From a virus (taxonomy: Duplodnaviria > Caudoviricetes): a stretch of DNA of 33,143 nt. The position numbers and the translations under genes are program-made. Under the pieces are notes generated by a model. That model was not told the DNA's origin and ran no database searches. It worked only from the letters and a program-made list of their open reading frames with translations. Positions within the stretch are counted from its first letter, which is position 1. Every line of letters starts with the position of its first letter. The stretch spans positions 1-33,143 of IMG/VR virus record IMGVR_UViG_3300025782_000043. One strand, written 5' to 3'. Below are positions 1 to 9,023 of the stretch, piece by piece.

Positions 1-618
1 CCTGAAAAAGTTGAAAACGAGGAAGAAGAAGTTGATGAAATTGTGGATAGCAAGGGTAATATAGCAAGAAGTAAAAAACCAACTGATTTAGCAACAAAAG
101 GTATTTCAGATACAAAAACAAGTGATGAAGTTGCTCAAACAGCATATGGTCAAATGGGTATTCACGGTATTGGTGGTACACACACATCATTGAGATATTG
201 GGCGGAAGGTAAACAACCTAAAGGAGATATGGTCGAAGTTGAGTTAGATAATAATTTGGGAGCTGAAGAGACTATTTTGAAAAACAAGACATATGAGGAA
301 GCTAAAAGATATTTTATAAAAGAATTAGGTTTGGATGAAATAGAGACTGAAAAAAGATTAAAAGAAATGGGTTATGATCCTAAATTACCTGATGATATGG
401 TTAATTTAGTTGAAAATCCAATGAAATTTATGGAAGAATATATTGAGAACAAACTTAAGAAAAAACAAGAAGATGAAAATGATGTTCTTTCCAAACAAAA
501 AGGTAAAGAATTAGACAAAATAATAGTTAGACAAATTGAAGCTTTAAAACATAGTATGGATAGTCATAATATTTCTATAAATGATTTATTAGATTATCTA
601 AAAAAAGAAGATGAATAA
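1..618 (+). CDS. Hypothetical phage protein, 5'-truncated
   Basis: Frame 1 is open from base 1 (PEKVENEEEEVDEI...) through the GTG at 43 to TAA at 616-618; overlaps the next ATG at 611. Confidence 0.8.
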   Translation, partial: PEKVENEEEEVDEIVDSKGNIARSKKPTDLATKGISDTKTSDEVAQTAYGQMGIHGIGGTHTSLRYWAEGKQPKGDMVEVELDNNLGAEETILKNKTYEEAKRYFIKELGLDEIETEKRLKEMGYDPKLPDDMVNLVENPMKFMEEYIENKLKKKQEDENDVLSKQKGKELDKIIVRQIEALKHSMDSHNISINDLLDYLKKEDE

Positions 619-1108
619 AGATTTAAAAGATAGGATATTTGAAATTCCGCACGATATTTTAAGTAAAATCAACCATACTATACTTGGATTGAATGGTGAA
701 ACTGTTCACGGTATAGAAAGAGCTAAAAAGTTATTAGTTGATAAGAAAGTGAAATATGGCCAATTGAAAAGAATTATTCACGATCTACAAAACATAGACA
801 AAGTAAAGGAAAGAAATAAGTATGATTTGATGGGTGGTGAACTTATGGATAATTGGGCAAAACAATTTTTAGATGGACAAAGAGATTTTGTTAAAGATAA
901 AAAAGAAGGTAGAAAAAATGCTGATGAAAGGGGTGCGATGACAGGAGAAAGAAAAAATTCATTTTTAAAAAAACATACCAAAAAACCTGATTTTTTACCT
1001 CCATTGAATTTGATAAAAAGTAATTCACACAAAACATCTGTTTCGTCTTTAAAAATGGGTAAACTATTTGAAGAAATAAATAAAATAAAAAAATTAATAA
1101 CATATTAA
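611..1108 (+). CDS. Hypothetical protein with C-terminal LFEEINKIKKLI helix
   Basis: 165-aa ORF coupled to both neighbours; no family recognised. Confidence 0.75.
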   Translation: MNKDLKDRIFEIPHDILSKINHTILGLNGETVHGIERAKKLLVDKKVKYGQLKRIIHDLQNIDKVKERNKYDLMGGELMDNWAKQFLDGQRDFVKDKKEGRKNADERGAMTGERKNSFLKKHTKKPDFLPPLNLIKSNSHKTSVSSLKMGKLFEEINKIKKLITY

Positions 1109-1109
1109 T

Positions 1110-1607
1110 ATGCCAAATACTGAATCAAATCCAAGTTATGATTACGGTAAAACCAACATTTCACCGTTAGAAGAATTAGCTAATCAATATAGAAAACAAG
1201 AAGTCGCTATAAACGATTTCACACCAGATAAACCATACGCAGGTGCTAATAAATCATATGAGTCAGAAGCAAAAGCAGCAGTTACACCTGTTGATATTAA
1301 TGTAAGAAATTCTGAAATAGCAAGTAATCAATTTAGTGCGACCAAACCCTATGGTGTTGGAAACAGTACATTGTCTACATCAGATGCAGAAACTGCTGTG
1401 ACCCCAATAGATATATCGATAAGAAATTCTGAAATAGCAAGTAACAAATTCAGTTCCACAAAACCATACGGTGTTGGGAATAATAGTTTATTTGTACCTG
1501 ACGCTTCTACAGCGGTAACACCTATCGATATTCAGACAAGAAATGCTGAGTTGGCTTCTAATTCATACAATCCTAAAAAAACATACCCAGATTTCGCAAC
1601 ATCATGA
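1110..1607 (+). CDS. Hypothetical protein built from 39-aa tandem repeats, possibly virion-associated
   Basis: VTP[VI]DIxxRNxE[IL]ASN unit occurs three times, plus one degenerate N-terminal copy. Confidence 0.8.
   Translation: MPNTESNPSYDYGKTNISPLEELANQYRKQEVAINDFTPDKPYAGANKSYESEAKAAVTPVDINVRNSEIASNQFSATKPYGVGNSTLSTSDAETAVTPIDISIRNSEIASNKFSSTKPYGVGNNSLFVPDASTAVTPIDIQTRNAELASNSYNPKKTYPDFATS
1281..1590 (+). repeat. 117-bp period coding tandem repeat
   Basis: TAAGAAATTCTGAAATAGCAAGTAA is identical at 1303 and 1420 (117 apart); a third diverged copy is near 1537. Confidence 0.85.
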
Positions 1608-2455
1608 TATTAAAAAAACTTTTTTTAGAACTTATTAATGAAGCACCTAAAGATAAAAAAACTTTAGATGTTTCAAAACAAAAAAAATTGGAATATGCTG
1701 TAATAAACAGACATCCTATTACATTTGACTATAATGGACCTAGAAAAGGTAAAGATAGAGTTAAAGCGGGAGGTAGATTCGATGCAGAAGGTGTTACTTT
1801 AGGATATAATAAAAAAGGTAATTTAGTTTTACGTGCATATATTGATACGCCGTCTCGTTCCAAAAGAGGCACACCTAGTGATGTTGGTAATGAAAAAGCC
1901 AATTATGGATGGAGAACTTTTTTGGTTTCAAGAATGGGTAGTATTGTGGTTTTAGATATGAAAACATTCGATGTCAAAAGACCAAAATATAAAGGTGCAA
2001 GTGACAAATCTATGTCAAGTATTATTGCAACAGCTTTGTGGACTAAAAAACCTGAAACAAAAAAGGTTGTAAAACCAACAAAAGCAAAAACGGAAAAACC
2101 TGCTCCTCCAATAGAAAAACCTACACAACCTGAAAAACCCACACCGCCAGTAGAAAAACCAATACAACCAGAAAAACCAACAGCAGAGCCATTACCGGAA
2201 CCAAGTCAAATAGAGAAACCAACAGAAAAACCTGAAGTTCCTCAACAAAAGGAACCAGTTGAACCTGCGCCTCAAGTGAAACAACCTTCAGTTGAAAAAC
2301 CTGAACCTATAGTTTCCAAAACAAAAAAACCGTTACCACAACCTAAACCAATAGAGAAACCTTCCAAACCAGAAGAAGAACCTAATGCAGGTGAAGAAGA
2401 AGATAACACATTGAAAGAGAACATAATGAGAATTAAACGTTTAATGTTATTATAA
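1604..2455 (+). CDS. WYL-like domain protein with Pro/Glu/Lys-rich tail
   Basis: N-terminal HPITFDY...R.x.E...LG...LVLRAY...GWRTFLVSRM resembles the WYL pattern (R.vEP..l....yl.a.....wRtFrldRi); EKP repeats follow. Confidence 0.65.
   Translation: MILKKLFLELINEAPKDKKTLDVSKQKKLEYAVINRHPITFDYNGPRKGKDRVKAGGRFDAEGVTLGYNKKGNLVLRAYIDTPSRSKRGTPSDVGNEKANYGWRTFLVSRMGSIVVLDMKTFDVKRPKYKGASDKSMSSIIATALWTKKPETKKVVKPTKAKTEKPAPPIEKPTQPEKPTPPVEKPIQPEKPTAEPLPEPSQIEKPTEKPEVPQQKEPVEPAPQVKQPSVEKPEPIVSKTKKPLPQPKPIEKPSKPEEEPNAGEEEDNTLKENIMRIKRLMLL
2092..2375 (+). repeat. Low-complexity coding repeat (P-x-EKP-x-QPEKPT)
   Basis: PIEKPTQPEKPT / PVEKPIQPEKPT duplicates; recurring GAAAAACC/GAGAAACC. Confidence 0.75.
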
Positions 2456-2480
2456 TTTTCGTTATTATTATAAAATAAAA

Positions 2481-2487
2481 TATTTAT
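2481..2487 (+). promoter_or_regulatory. TATTTAT motif (putative late promoter), 4 nt before ATG 2492
   Basis: Recurrent sense-strand motif at gene starts (see findings). Confidence 0.55.
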
Positions 2488-2491
2488 TAAT

Positions 2492-3094
2492 ATGCAAGAA
2501 GGAACAGGAACAATATCCGCGAATGACTTAATGTCAAAATTAGTTAAAGCCAAAAAAGTTATGAATATGGTCGATGGCGGAAGTTACCAAAAAGGAAATG
2601 TAGACGAAAGTATTTTAAGATCAGCACCAGAAGAATTAGCGGGTAGATTACAAGAATCTTCAGTGCCTCAACAAAGAAATTTAAATAGACCTGTAAGTGG
2701 TCCATTAAATATGGATAAAATCCAAGGTTCAAAATTACCAGATGCAATTAAGCAAGCAATGATTGACCATCCTATTCAACCAATTCCACAAATTTCATTA
2801 AATGAAACATTGGATATGGATTTTATAAAGGGAGCAAAAAGACTAATGGAACAAGAAGGTCTACCAACAAAGAATTCACAATCTCAAAGAAATAGTAATA
2901 CACAGGTATCTTCAAATGTTGATATGAAAGCAATCGAAGTTTTGATTGAAAACACAATTCGTAAAGTATTGGATGAAAAATTAAATCAACTTTTAACAGC
3001 TCAACAAACATCATCAATCAATGAAAATCTTGTATTGAAAGTTGGTGATTCTATATTCAAAGGAAAAATTACTGGTGTAAATAAAGCTAAGTAA
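2492..3094 (+). CDS. Hypothetical phage protein
   Basis: 200-aa ORF preceded by TATTTAT motif. Confidence 0.8.
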   Translation: MQEGTGTISANDLMSKLVKAKKVMNMVDGGSYQKGNVDESILRSAPEELAGRLQESSVPQQRNLNRPVSGPLNMDKIQGSKLPDAIKQAMIDHPIQPIPQISLNETLDMDFIKGAKRLMEQEGLPTKNSQSQRNSNTQVSSNVDMKAIEVLIENTIRKVLDEKLNQLLTAQQTSSINENLVLKVGDSIFKGKITGVNKAK

Positions 3095-3144
3095 TTTGTT
3101 TTTTAATTTTTTTTATGTATATTATTGACATATAATATTACTTA

Positions 3145-4368
3145 ATGTCAAAAATCAAAATCTTAGCAATACCTTCTGATAAATTCGGTGTGGGTAAATT
3201 CAGAATGTTAGATCCATTTAAATTTATTGGTGATAACTTTTCAAATGATATACACGTAGATATATCATTCAACGCTCCTTTAGAGGATAATTTTTTCAAA
3301 GACTACCAAATTGTAGTTTTTCATAGCTTCATACATCAAACAAATCACGAAGATAACTTAGCGAGAATCAAATCATTGAAAGAAAAGGGCATTATAACCA
3401 TTATGGATATAGATGACCTTTGGTTTGTTGATCAAAGACATCCAATGTATCAAGCTATAAAACAAAATAAAATAGGTGAGAAGAAAATTGAAATGATGAA
3501 ATTAGTTGATTATGTTACAACAACAACTGAAGTATTCAAAAAAACAATTAGAGAAAAATTAGGATTAAAAAATGTAGAAGTTTTTCCTAATGCTGTTGAT
3601 GAAACGGAACCACAATTTCAACCAAATAACATTCCTTCAAATAAAATAAGATTTGGATGGTTAGGGGGCTCATCACATTTAAGTGATATAGAATTACTTG
3701 CAAACGGTATCTCAACTACTCACAATACATTCAAAGACAAGGTACAATTTGTATTGTGTGGATTCGATATTAGAGGTTCTGTAACTGAAATTAATCCACA
3801 AACAGGAGAACAAAGAAAAAGACCAATCCAACCTATGGAAACTGTTTGGTATAAATATGAACAATATTTTACCGATAATTATAGTGTTTTAGATTTGGAT
3901 TATAAGAATTATTTAATGAACTTTGCTGAAACTCCATACGAGGATAGTGATAAACCATATAGAAGAAGATGGACGAAAGAAGTTAGTATTTATGCAACCA
4001 ATTATAATTTTTTTGATGTATCTTTGGCACCACTTGTGAATAGTGTATTCAATAATAATAAATCTCAATTGAAAGTTATTGAAGCAGGATTCCATAAGAA
4101 AGCATTGATTGCCAGTCAAGTTGAACCCTATACTATCGATTTAATTTCGGCGATGGATAATGGACAATTTAACGATAAAGGGAATGCTTTATTAGTGCCT
4201 GAAAATAGAAACCATAAAGATTGGGCAAAATGTATGAAAAAATTAATAGACAATCCAAATATGATCGAAGATTTAGGTAATCGTTTATATGAAACTGTTA
4301 AACACAAATATTCATTAAGTGTAGTGTCAAAAAATAGAGTAGAGTTTTTTAAATCAATCATAAAATAG
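3145..4368 (+). CDS. Glycosyltransferase, GT-B fold (GT4-like)
   Basis: DIDDLW, VTTTT..F, VFPNAVD, FGWLGGSSH..D and DVSLAPL...FNNNKSQLKVIEAG motifs typical of phage GT4-like enzymes. Confidence 0.85.
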   Translation: MSKIKILAIPSDKFGVGKFRMLDPFKFIGDNFSNDIHVDISFNAPLEDNFFKDYQIVVFHSFIHQTNHEDNLARIKSLKEKGIITIMDIDDLWFVDQRHPMYQAIKQNKIGEKKIEMMKLVDYVTTTTEVFKKTIREKLGLKNVEVFPNAVDETEPQFQPNNIPSNKIRFGWLGGSSHLSDIELLANGISTTHNTFKDKVQFVLCGFDIRGSVTEINPQTGEQRKRPIQPMETVWYKYEQYFTDNYSVLDLDYKNYLMNFAETPYEDSDKPYRRRWTKEVSIYATNYNFFDVSLAPLVNSVFNNNKSQLKVIEAGFHKKALIASQVEPYTIDLISAMDNGQFNDKGNALLVPENRNHKDWAKCMKKLIDNPNMIEDLGNRLYETVKHKYSLSVVSKNRVEFFKSIIK

Positions 4369-4375
4369 AATCAAC

Positions 4376-4606
4376 ATGTATTATCAAGTTACAATCGGTT
4401 ATGAAACCGAACAAATGGACAGAGAAGGAAACCCACGTATTAAAAAAGTAAAATACGTAATCCAAGCCGAATCAGTAGAAGAAGCAACTATTGTTGCTGC
4501 TAAATACCGTGAAGGTGACGTAAGAGGTAGCGAAAGTTTAAGTGTCGCTAAGTTTCCAATTGAGTGTGTAATTGATGCAAAAAACACACCTGAGTATTAC
4601 AAATAA
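4376..4606 (+). CDS. DUF4494-like small protein
   Basis: YYQVTIGYE...G...KKVKYVIQAESVEEA resembles the Bacteroidota DUF4494 pattern (WFECKIRYE...G..KKV.E.YLVDA.SFTEAE). Confidence 0.55.
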   Translation: MYYQVTIGYETEQMDREGNPRIKKVKYVIQAESVEEATIVAAKYREGDVRGSESLSVAKFPIECVIDAKNTPEYYK

Positions 4607-4615
4607 TAAGCATTA

Positions 4616-4647
4616 AAACACCGGTAGAAATATCGGTGTTTATTTTT
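4616..4647 (+). terminator. Rho-independent terminator
   Basis: AAACACCGGTA-GAAA-TATCGGTGTTT hairpin (one G-U pair) followed by ATTTTT. Confidence 0.75.
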
Positions 4648-4661
4648 AAAAAATCATTTTA

Positions 4662-5258
4662 ATGGAAAAAGAAAATATTGAAGATTACATTAAGAAATTA
4701 ACTGAATTTGAATCTCAATTAAGTGGTGATAATCCATCTAATGCAGATGAAGAATTTATTAATGAATTAAATTCATTATTGAATCAATTAGGTAACGATA
4801 TGCAATCTGCTTATCAACAACAAAGTATGATAACAAAAGTTAAAATTAAAAAATTAGACCCTAATGCGGTCATTCCCAAGTATTCAAAAGATGGGGATGC
4901 TGGTATGGATTTAACAATCACAGATATTAAAGAAAATACCAGTTTTAGTATTACATATGGTTTTGGTATTGCAATCGAAATCCCTAAAGGTTATGTTGGA
5001 TTAATTTTCCCACGTTCATCAGTTCGTAATCAAGATTTAATATTATCTAATTGTGTGGGTGTTATTGATAGTGGTTATAGAGGAGAACTTCAAGCCACAT
5101 TCAAGAAGACACAAGGTTTAGATAGTTTTTCATACAATGTTGGTGATCGAGGTGCACAAATTATGATAATTCCATATCCTCAAATTGAATTTGTTGAAAC
5201 TGACAATTTATCTGATACTGAAAGAGGTGCCGGCGGGTTTGGTAGTACTGGTTCTTGA
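4662..5258 (+). CDS. dut: Trimeric dUTPase with acidic N-terminal extension
   Basis: Motifs AGMDL, PRSS, GVIDSGYRGEL, GDRGAQ, TERGAGGFGSTG. Confidence 0.95.
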   Translation: MEKENIEDYIKKLTEFESQLSGDNPSNADEEFINELNSLLNQLGNDMQSAYQQQSMITKVKIKKLDPNAVIPKYSKDGDAGMDLTITDIKENTSFSITYGFGIAIEIPKGYVGLIFPRSSVRNQDLILSNCVGVIDSGYRGELQATFKKTQGLDSFSYNVGDRGAQIMIIPYPQIEFVETDNLSDTERGAGGFGSTGS

Positions 5259-5277
5259 TTTTTACTATTTACCGATA

Positions 5278-5285
5278 TATTTATA
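5278..5285 (+). promoter_or_regulatory. TATTTATA motif upstream of HNH gene
   Basis: 18 nt between TATTTAT and ATG 5303. Confidence 0.45.
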
Positions 5286-5302
5286 TTAAATGGTAAATAG
5301 TA

Positions 5303-5863
5303 ATGAAAATAAAAATAGGTTCTATTATAGGTAATTGGGAAGTAATTTCCGAAAAATATATTAAAGAAAATATACAATGGAACGATTGTGTTTGTATATG
5401 TGGTAATATAAGACCAGTTCGTAGTTGGCATTTAAATAATAATAAAACATTTAGTTGCGGTTGTACAAATATAAAAGGTCGTTTTAAGGCCGTTTGCGTT
5501 GGTGATTTATCATTATCTTATTATAATTCTTTTAAAAAGAATAGATCTAAAAATAAAAATATATTTTTTTCTGAAGATGTTACTATGGAATATCTATGGA
5601 ATCTTTTTATTAAACAAAATAAAAAATGTATATTATCTGGTATTGATATTACGTTAAATCCAAGATGGTCACAACAAAATCATTGTAGAAAAACTGATAT
5701 AAAACAAACAGCATCCATTGATAGAATTAATAATAATTTAGGTTATATTGTTGGAAATATACAATGGGTACATAAAGATATTAATAATATGAAAGGTAGT
5801 TTTAGTGAAGAATTATTACTATACTATTGTGAACAAATTATTAATGTTAAATTAAAAAAGTAA
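5303..5863 (+). CDS. HNH-family (homing-type) endonuclease
   Basis: N-terminal W.C.C.CG...SCGC Zn-binding module; C-terminal C.LSG...ASIDRINNNLGY..GNIQWVHKDINNMK nuclease motif; very AT-rich. Confidence 0.8.
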   Translation: MKIKIGSIIGNWEVISEKYIKENIQWNDCVCICGNIRPVRSWHLNNNKTFSCGCTNIKGRFKAVCVGDLSLSYYNSFKKNRSKNKNIFFSEDVTMEYLWNLFIKQNKKCILSGIDITLNPRWSQQNHCRKTDIKQTASIDRINNNLGYIVGNIQWVHKDINNMKGSFSEELLLYYCEQIINVKLKK

Positions 5864-5867
5864 GGGA

Positions 5868-5874
5868 TATTTAT
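5868..5874 (+). promoter_or_regulatory. TATTTAT motif, 5 nt before ATG 5880
   Basis: GATATTTATGTAATATG. Confidence 0.55.
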
Positions 5875-5879
5875 GTAAT

Positions 5880-6284
5880 ATGAATTTACAAGAAAACATA
5901 TCACGTATAAAGAAAGTAATGGGTCTTAATGAGGGACTTCATGATACATCTTGGCAAAACGAAGAAGGAGATAAAATAACTCTTTTAGATTTATTGAATG
6001 TAACCAATAATATACCTGTTACAAATATTCCCGTTGATAAGTTAAAACATATGTTATTAACTTGGGACGGTGATAATAGTGAAATAGAAAAAATAGAAAT
6101 GGCTAATTTAGATTACCCAATTTTAATATTTGTAAATAATGAAGGTCATATTCTATCAATAGTCGATGGACACCATAGAGCACAAAAAGCGGTAAAACAA
6201 GGATTAGAAACAATAAAATGTAAATTAATTCCTATCAATTCTTTACCTAATAATGTTAGGAGAATTTTTAAACATATTAAATAG
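5880..6284 (+). CDS. ParB/Srx-like domain protein with N-terminal LQENISRIKKVM helix
   Basis: LDYPILI...IVDGHHRAQKA...G...IKC is the ParB-N signature. Confidence 0.75.
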   Translation: MNLQENISRIKKVMGLNEGLHDTSWQNEEGDKITLLDLLNVTNNIPVTNIPVDKLKHMLLTWDGDNSEIEKIEMANLDYPILIFVNNEGHILSIVDGHHRAQKAVKQGLETIKCKLIPINSLPNNVRRIFKHIK

Positions 6285-6288
6285 ATGA

Positions 6289-6296
6289 TATTTATA
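6289..6296 (+). promoter_or_regulatory. TATTTATA motif upstream of phoH
   Basis: GATATTTATA; 33 nt from TATTTAT to TTG 6329. Confidence 0.45.
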
Positions 6297-6328
6297 AACA
6301 ATAAACGGAACAATTAAAACTATCAATT

Positions 6329-7057
6329 TTGGCTTATAAAACAAAAACCAAAACACCCCAACCACCCGTAGTAGCAGAAGAGAAAAAAATATCACATAAA
6401 GATAGGATTAGACAAATCATAAAACGTCCTAAAGAAAAGTTCCTCACTAAAAATCAAGAAGAATATTGGCGCATACTTGGTGAAAGCCAAATTACATTAT
6501 GTTTCGGACCAGCAGGTGTTGGTAAGTCATATATTGCGATGAAACGTGCTGTAGACTTATTATACGACGATTCTAACAAGTTTGAAAAGATTATTATAGT
6601 TAGACCTGCGGTGGAAGCTGAAGAGAAATTAGGGTCACTTCCGGGCGGTTTAGAAGAAAAATTGGACCCATACATTTATCCATCATATTATTTGTTAAAT
6701 AAAATAATAGGTAAAGAAGCACGAGAAGAATTGAAAGACCAAGGATTTATTGAAGTGGCAGCTTTGGCTTATATGAGGGGATGGAATGTAGATAATACAA
6801 TTCTTGTTTTTGAAGAGGCTCAAAATGCTACACCATCTCAAATTAAATTATTGTTAACTCGTATTGGTTTTAATTCTAAATTTTTTATATCAGGAGATCT
6901 TGAACAATCTGACAAATATAGAGACAAAACTAAATCAGGTCTTTATGATGCCAAAGTTAGATTACAAGACGTTAAAGGTATAGGTATATTTGAATTTAGT
7001 AATCAAGATATCGTACGTAATCCAATCATTGGAGAAATATTAAATAGATACGATTAG
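6329..7057 (+). CDS. phoH: PhoH-like ATPase
   Basis: GPAGVGKS, RPAVEAEEKLGSLPG, AYMRG, EEAQN, LTRIG, GDLEQSD, DIVRNP; TTG start. Confidence 0.95.
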   Translation: MAYKTKTKTPQPPVVAEEKKISHKDRIRQIIKRPKEKFLTKNQEEYWRILGESQITLCFGPAGVGKSYIAMKRAVDLLYDDSNKFEKIIIVRPAVEAEEKLGSLPGGLEEKLDPYIYPSYYLLNKIIGKEAREELKDQGFIEVAALAYMRGWNVDNTILVFEEAQNATPSQIKLLLTRIGFNSKFFISGDLEQSDKYRDKTKSGLYDAKVRLQDVKGIGIFEFSNQDIVRNPIIGEILNRYD

Positions 7058-7079
7058 GGGTTTACTTATAACCCCTTTC
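7056..7079 (+). terminator. Possible terminator hairpin
   Basis: AGGGGTT-TACTTAT-AACCCCT followed by a short T run. Confidence 0.5.
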
Positions 7080-7094
7080 GTATTATATTTAGAT

Positions 7095-7739
7095 ATGGAA
7101 ATTTTTATAAGTATAGATGGGGTTTTAAGAAATACCATCCAAAAATTTGACTATCATTATAACGAAGCTTACTTAGCTGATGATGTAACATTTGAAGAAG
7201 AAAACACTTTTGAATATGGTGTAACTGAGCCAATTCAAAATGATAATCTACTAAATTCTTACAAATTTCAATCTACAGAAGAATTTGAACATTTTCTTTT
7301 CATCGAATATCCAATCGAGATATTTGGTCACGCAGGATTAAGTTATTCCACAACATTTACAGAATTACATAAATTAATGTATGAAAATCAACAACATTCA
7401 TACACGTTAATTGGTTTGGATGAATTGGGTAAAGCTAAACCTGGTACATTATTCTTTTTATCTAAAAATGGTTATTTAGGTAATCATATTAAATTTATAA
7501 GAAGCGAAGATATTGTAAATCAATGGGACAAATGTGATGTATGGATTACGGATAATAAATCCATATTAGATGCTTGTCCAGAAAATAAAATTGGCATAAA
7601 ATTTAACACTTCATATAACCAATACTTTACTTATAAAACAGAAATAAGTAAATTATCTGAAATACAAGAAACATGGTTGAGTTATTCGGGAAACACTACT
7701 ACATTGATTTCGACGGAATCACAGACAAATGTAGAATAA
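7095..7739 (+). CDS. HAD-superfamily (5'-nucleotidase-like) protein with degenerate motif I
   Basis: IFISIDGVLRN (DxDGVL with first Asp as Ser), DVWITDN, FNTSYN. Confidence 0.6.
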   Translation: MEIFISIDGVLRNTIQKFDYHYNEAYLADDVTFEEENTFEYGVTEPIQNDNLLNSYKFQSTEEFEHFLFIEYPIEIFGHAGLSYSTTFTELHKLMYENQQHSYTLIGLDELGKAKPGTLFFLSKNGYLGNHIKFIRSEDIVNQWDKCDVWITDNKSILDACPENKIGIKFNTSYNQYFTYKTEISKLSEIQETWLSYSGNTTTLISTESQTNVE

Positions 7740-7966
7740 ATAAAAAGAAAACTAGAAAAACATCAGTTGAATCTGAAGACGCTGATTCTATTGAAGTAAA
7801 CATTTTTAAATATGAAATTATAAAAATGTGTTTAGATAGAGTTTTAAATGAATTCGAGGAAGTTGATGAAGAAATGGGTGTATTTGCACAAAAGGACACA
7901 GCAATGTCATTCAAATTGGCATTTAATAGTTTAATAAAAAGCGATATAATAAAAGAAGATGAGTAA
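7673..7966 (+). CDS. Hypothetical protein
   Basis: 97-aa ORF overlapping the upstream gene by 67 nt and coupled to ATG 7959. Confidence 0.7.
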   Translation: MVELFGKHYYIDFDGITDKCRINKKKTRKTSVESEDADSIEVNIFKYEIIKMCLDRVLNEFEEVDEEMGVFAQKDTAMSFKLAFNSLIKSDIIKEDE

Positions 7967-9023
7967 TAATCAAGAAAACATAGAAAAATTAGAAACGGCT
8001 TTAGGTAATTTAAAAACCAAAGAAAGTGTTATATACTTTTTAGTTTATGATACAAAAAATAATGCAAGAGCATCCGTTAAACATATCTACGATATGGCTC
8101 TGACATTAAAAAATAATGGATATATCAGTAAAATATTAGTTGAGGAAAAAGACTATTCTGGTGTCAGTTGGTTAGGTGACACATACAAAGACATCCCAGT
8201 AGTTTCAATTAAAGAAGATAAAATTTTATTATCAATTGAAGATACTATTGTTGTCCCTGAATATTATGGTAATGTGTTACCGCAATTATCATCAATGAAA
8301 TGTATTAAAGTTTTATTGATTCAACAACTTGATTACATTTATGAAACATTACCAATTGGTAGTAGATTTAGCGACTATGGTTTCGATAAAATAATCACAA
8401 CAACTGAAGGTGCAAAAAAATATTTAGCTGAATATTTTCCTGAATCATTAATTTTTATTGTTCCACCAATTATTGGTGATAATTTTAAACCAATTGAATT
8501 GCCATTAAAACCATTTGTAGCAATAAATTGTAGAGACAGAGTTGTACATAAAAAATTAATTTCAGAATTCTATTTGAAATATCCACAATTAAGATGGATC
8601 ACATTCAGAGATATGGTTCAAATGTCCTATGATGACTTTGCACATAATTTAAAAGAATGTATGGTTGCTTTGTGGGTTGATGAAGATTCAACATTTGGAA
8701 CATTCCCATTGGAATGTATGAAATCAAATGTACCTGTAGTTGGTAAAATACCAAACAGGGAACCTGATTGGTTAAGCAAAAACGGTATGTGGACATATGA
8801 TATGACCAAAATCGTAGACATTTTAGGAACTTATATTTTAGCATTTATCGATGGAGTTGAATTAACAGATGAAGTTATTCAAAAAATGAAAGATACTTTA
8901 TTACCATATCAAACAGATATTACACAAAAGAACATAGTATCAATTTTCAGTTCATTACTTAATAAACGAGTAGACGCATTAGAAAGTGCATTAGAAAAAT
9001 TAAAAAAATCAGAAACTGTATGA
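7959..9023 (+). CDS. Glycosyltransferase-like protein, GT-B fold
   Basis: VKHIY..A..L...G, DTIVVPE and STFGTFPLECMKSNVPVVG (E.FG...LEAMA.G.PVV-like). Confidence 0.7.
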   Translation: MSNNQENIEKLETALGNLKTKESVIYFLVYDTKNNARASVKHIYDMALTLKNNGYISKILVEEKDYSGVSWLGDTYKDIPVVSIKEDKILLSIEDTIVVPEYYGNVLPQLSSMKCIKVLLIQQLDYIYETLPIGSRFSDYGFDKIITTTEGAKKYLAEYFPESLIFIVPPIIGDNFKPIELPLKPFVAINCRDRVVHKKLISEFYLKYPQLRWITFRDMVQMSYDDFAHNLKECMVALWVDEDSTFGTFPLECMKSNVPVVGKIPNREPDWLSKNGMWTYDMTKIVDILGTYILAFIDGVELTDEVIQKMKDTLLPYQTDITQKNIVSIFSSLLNKRVDALESALEKLKKSETV

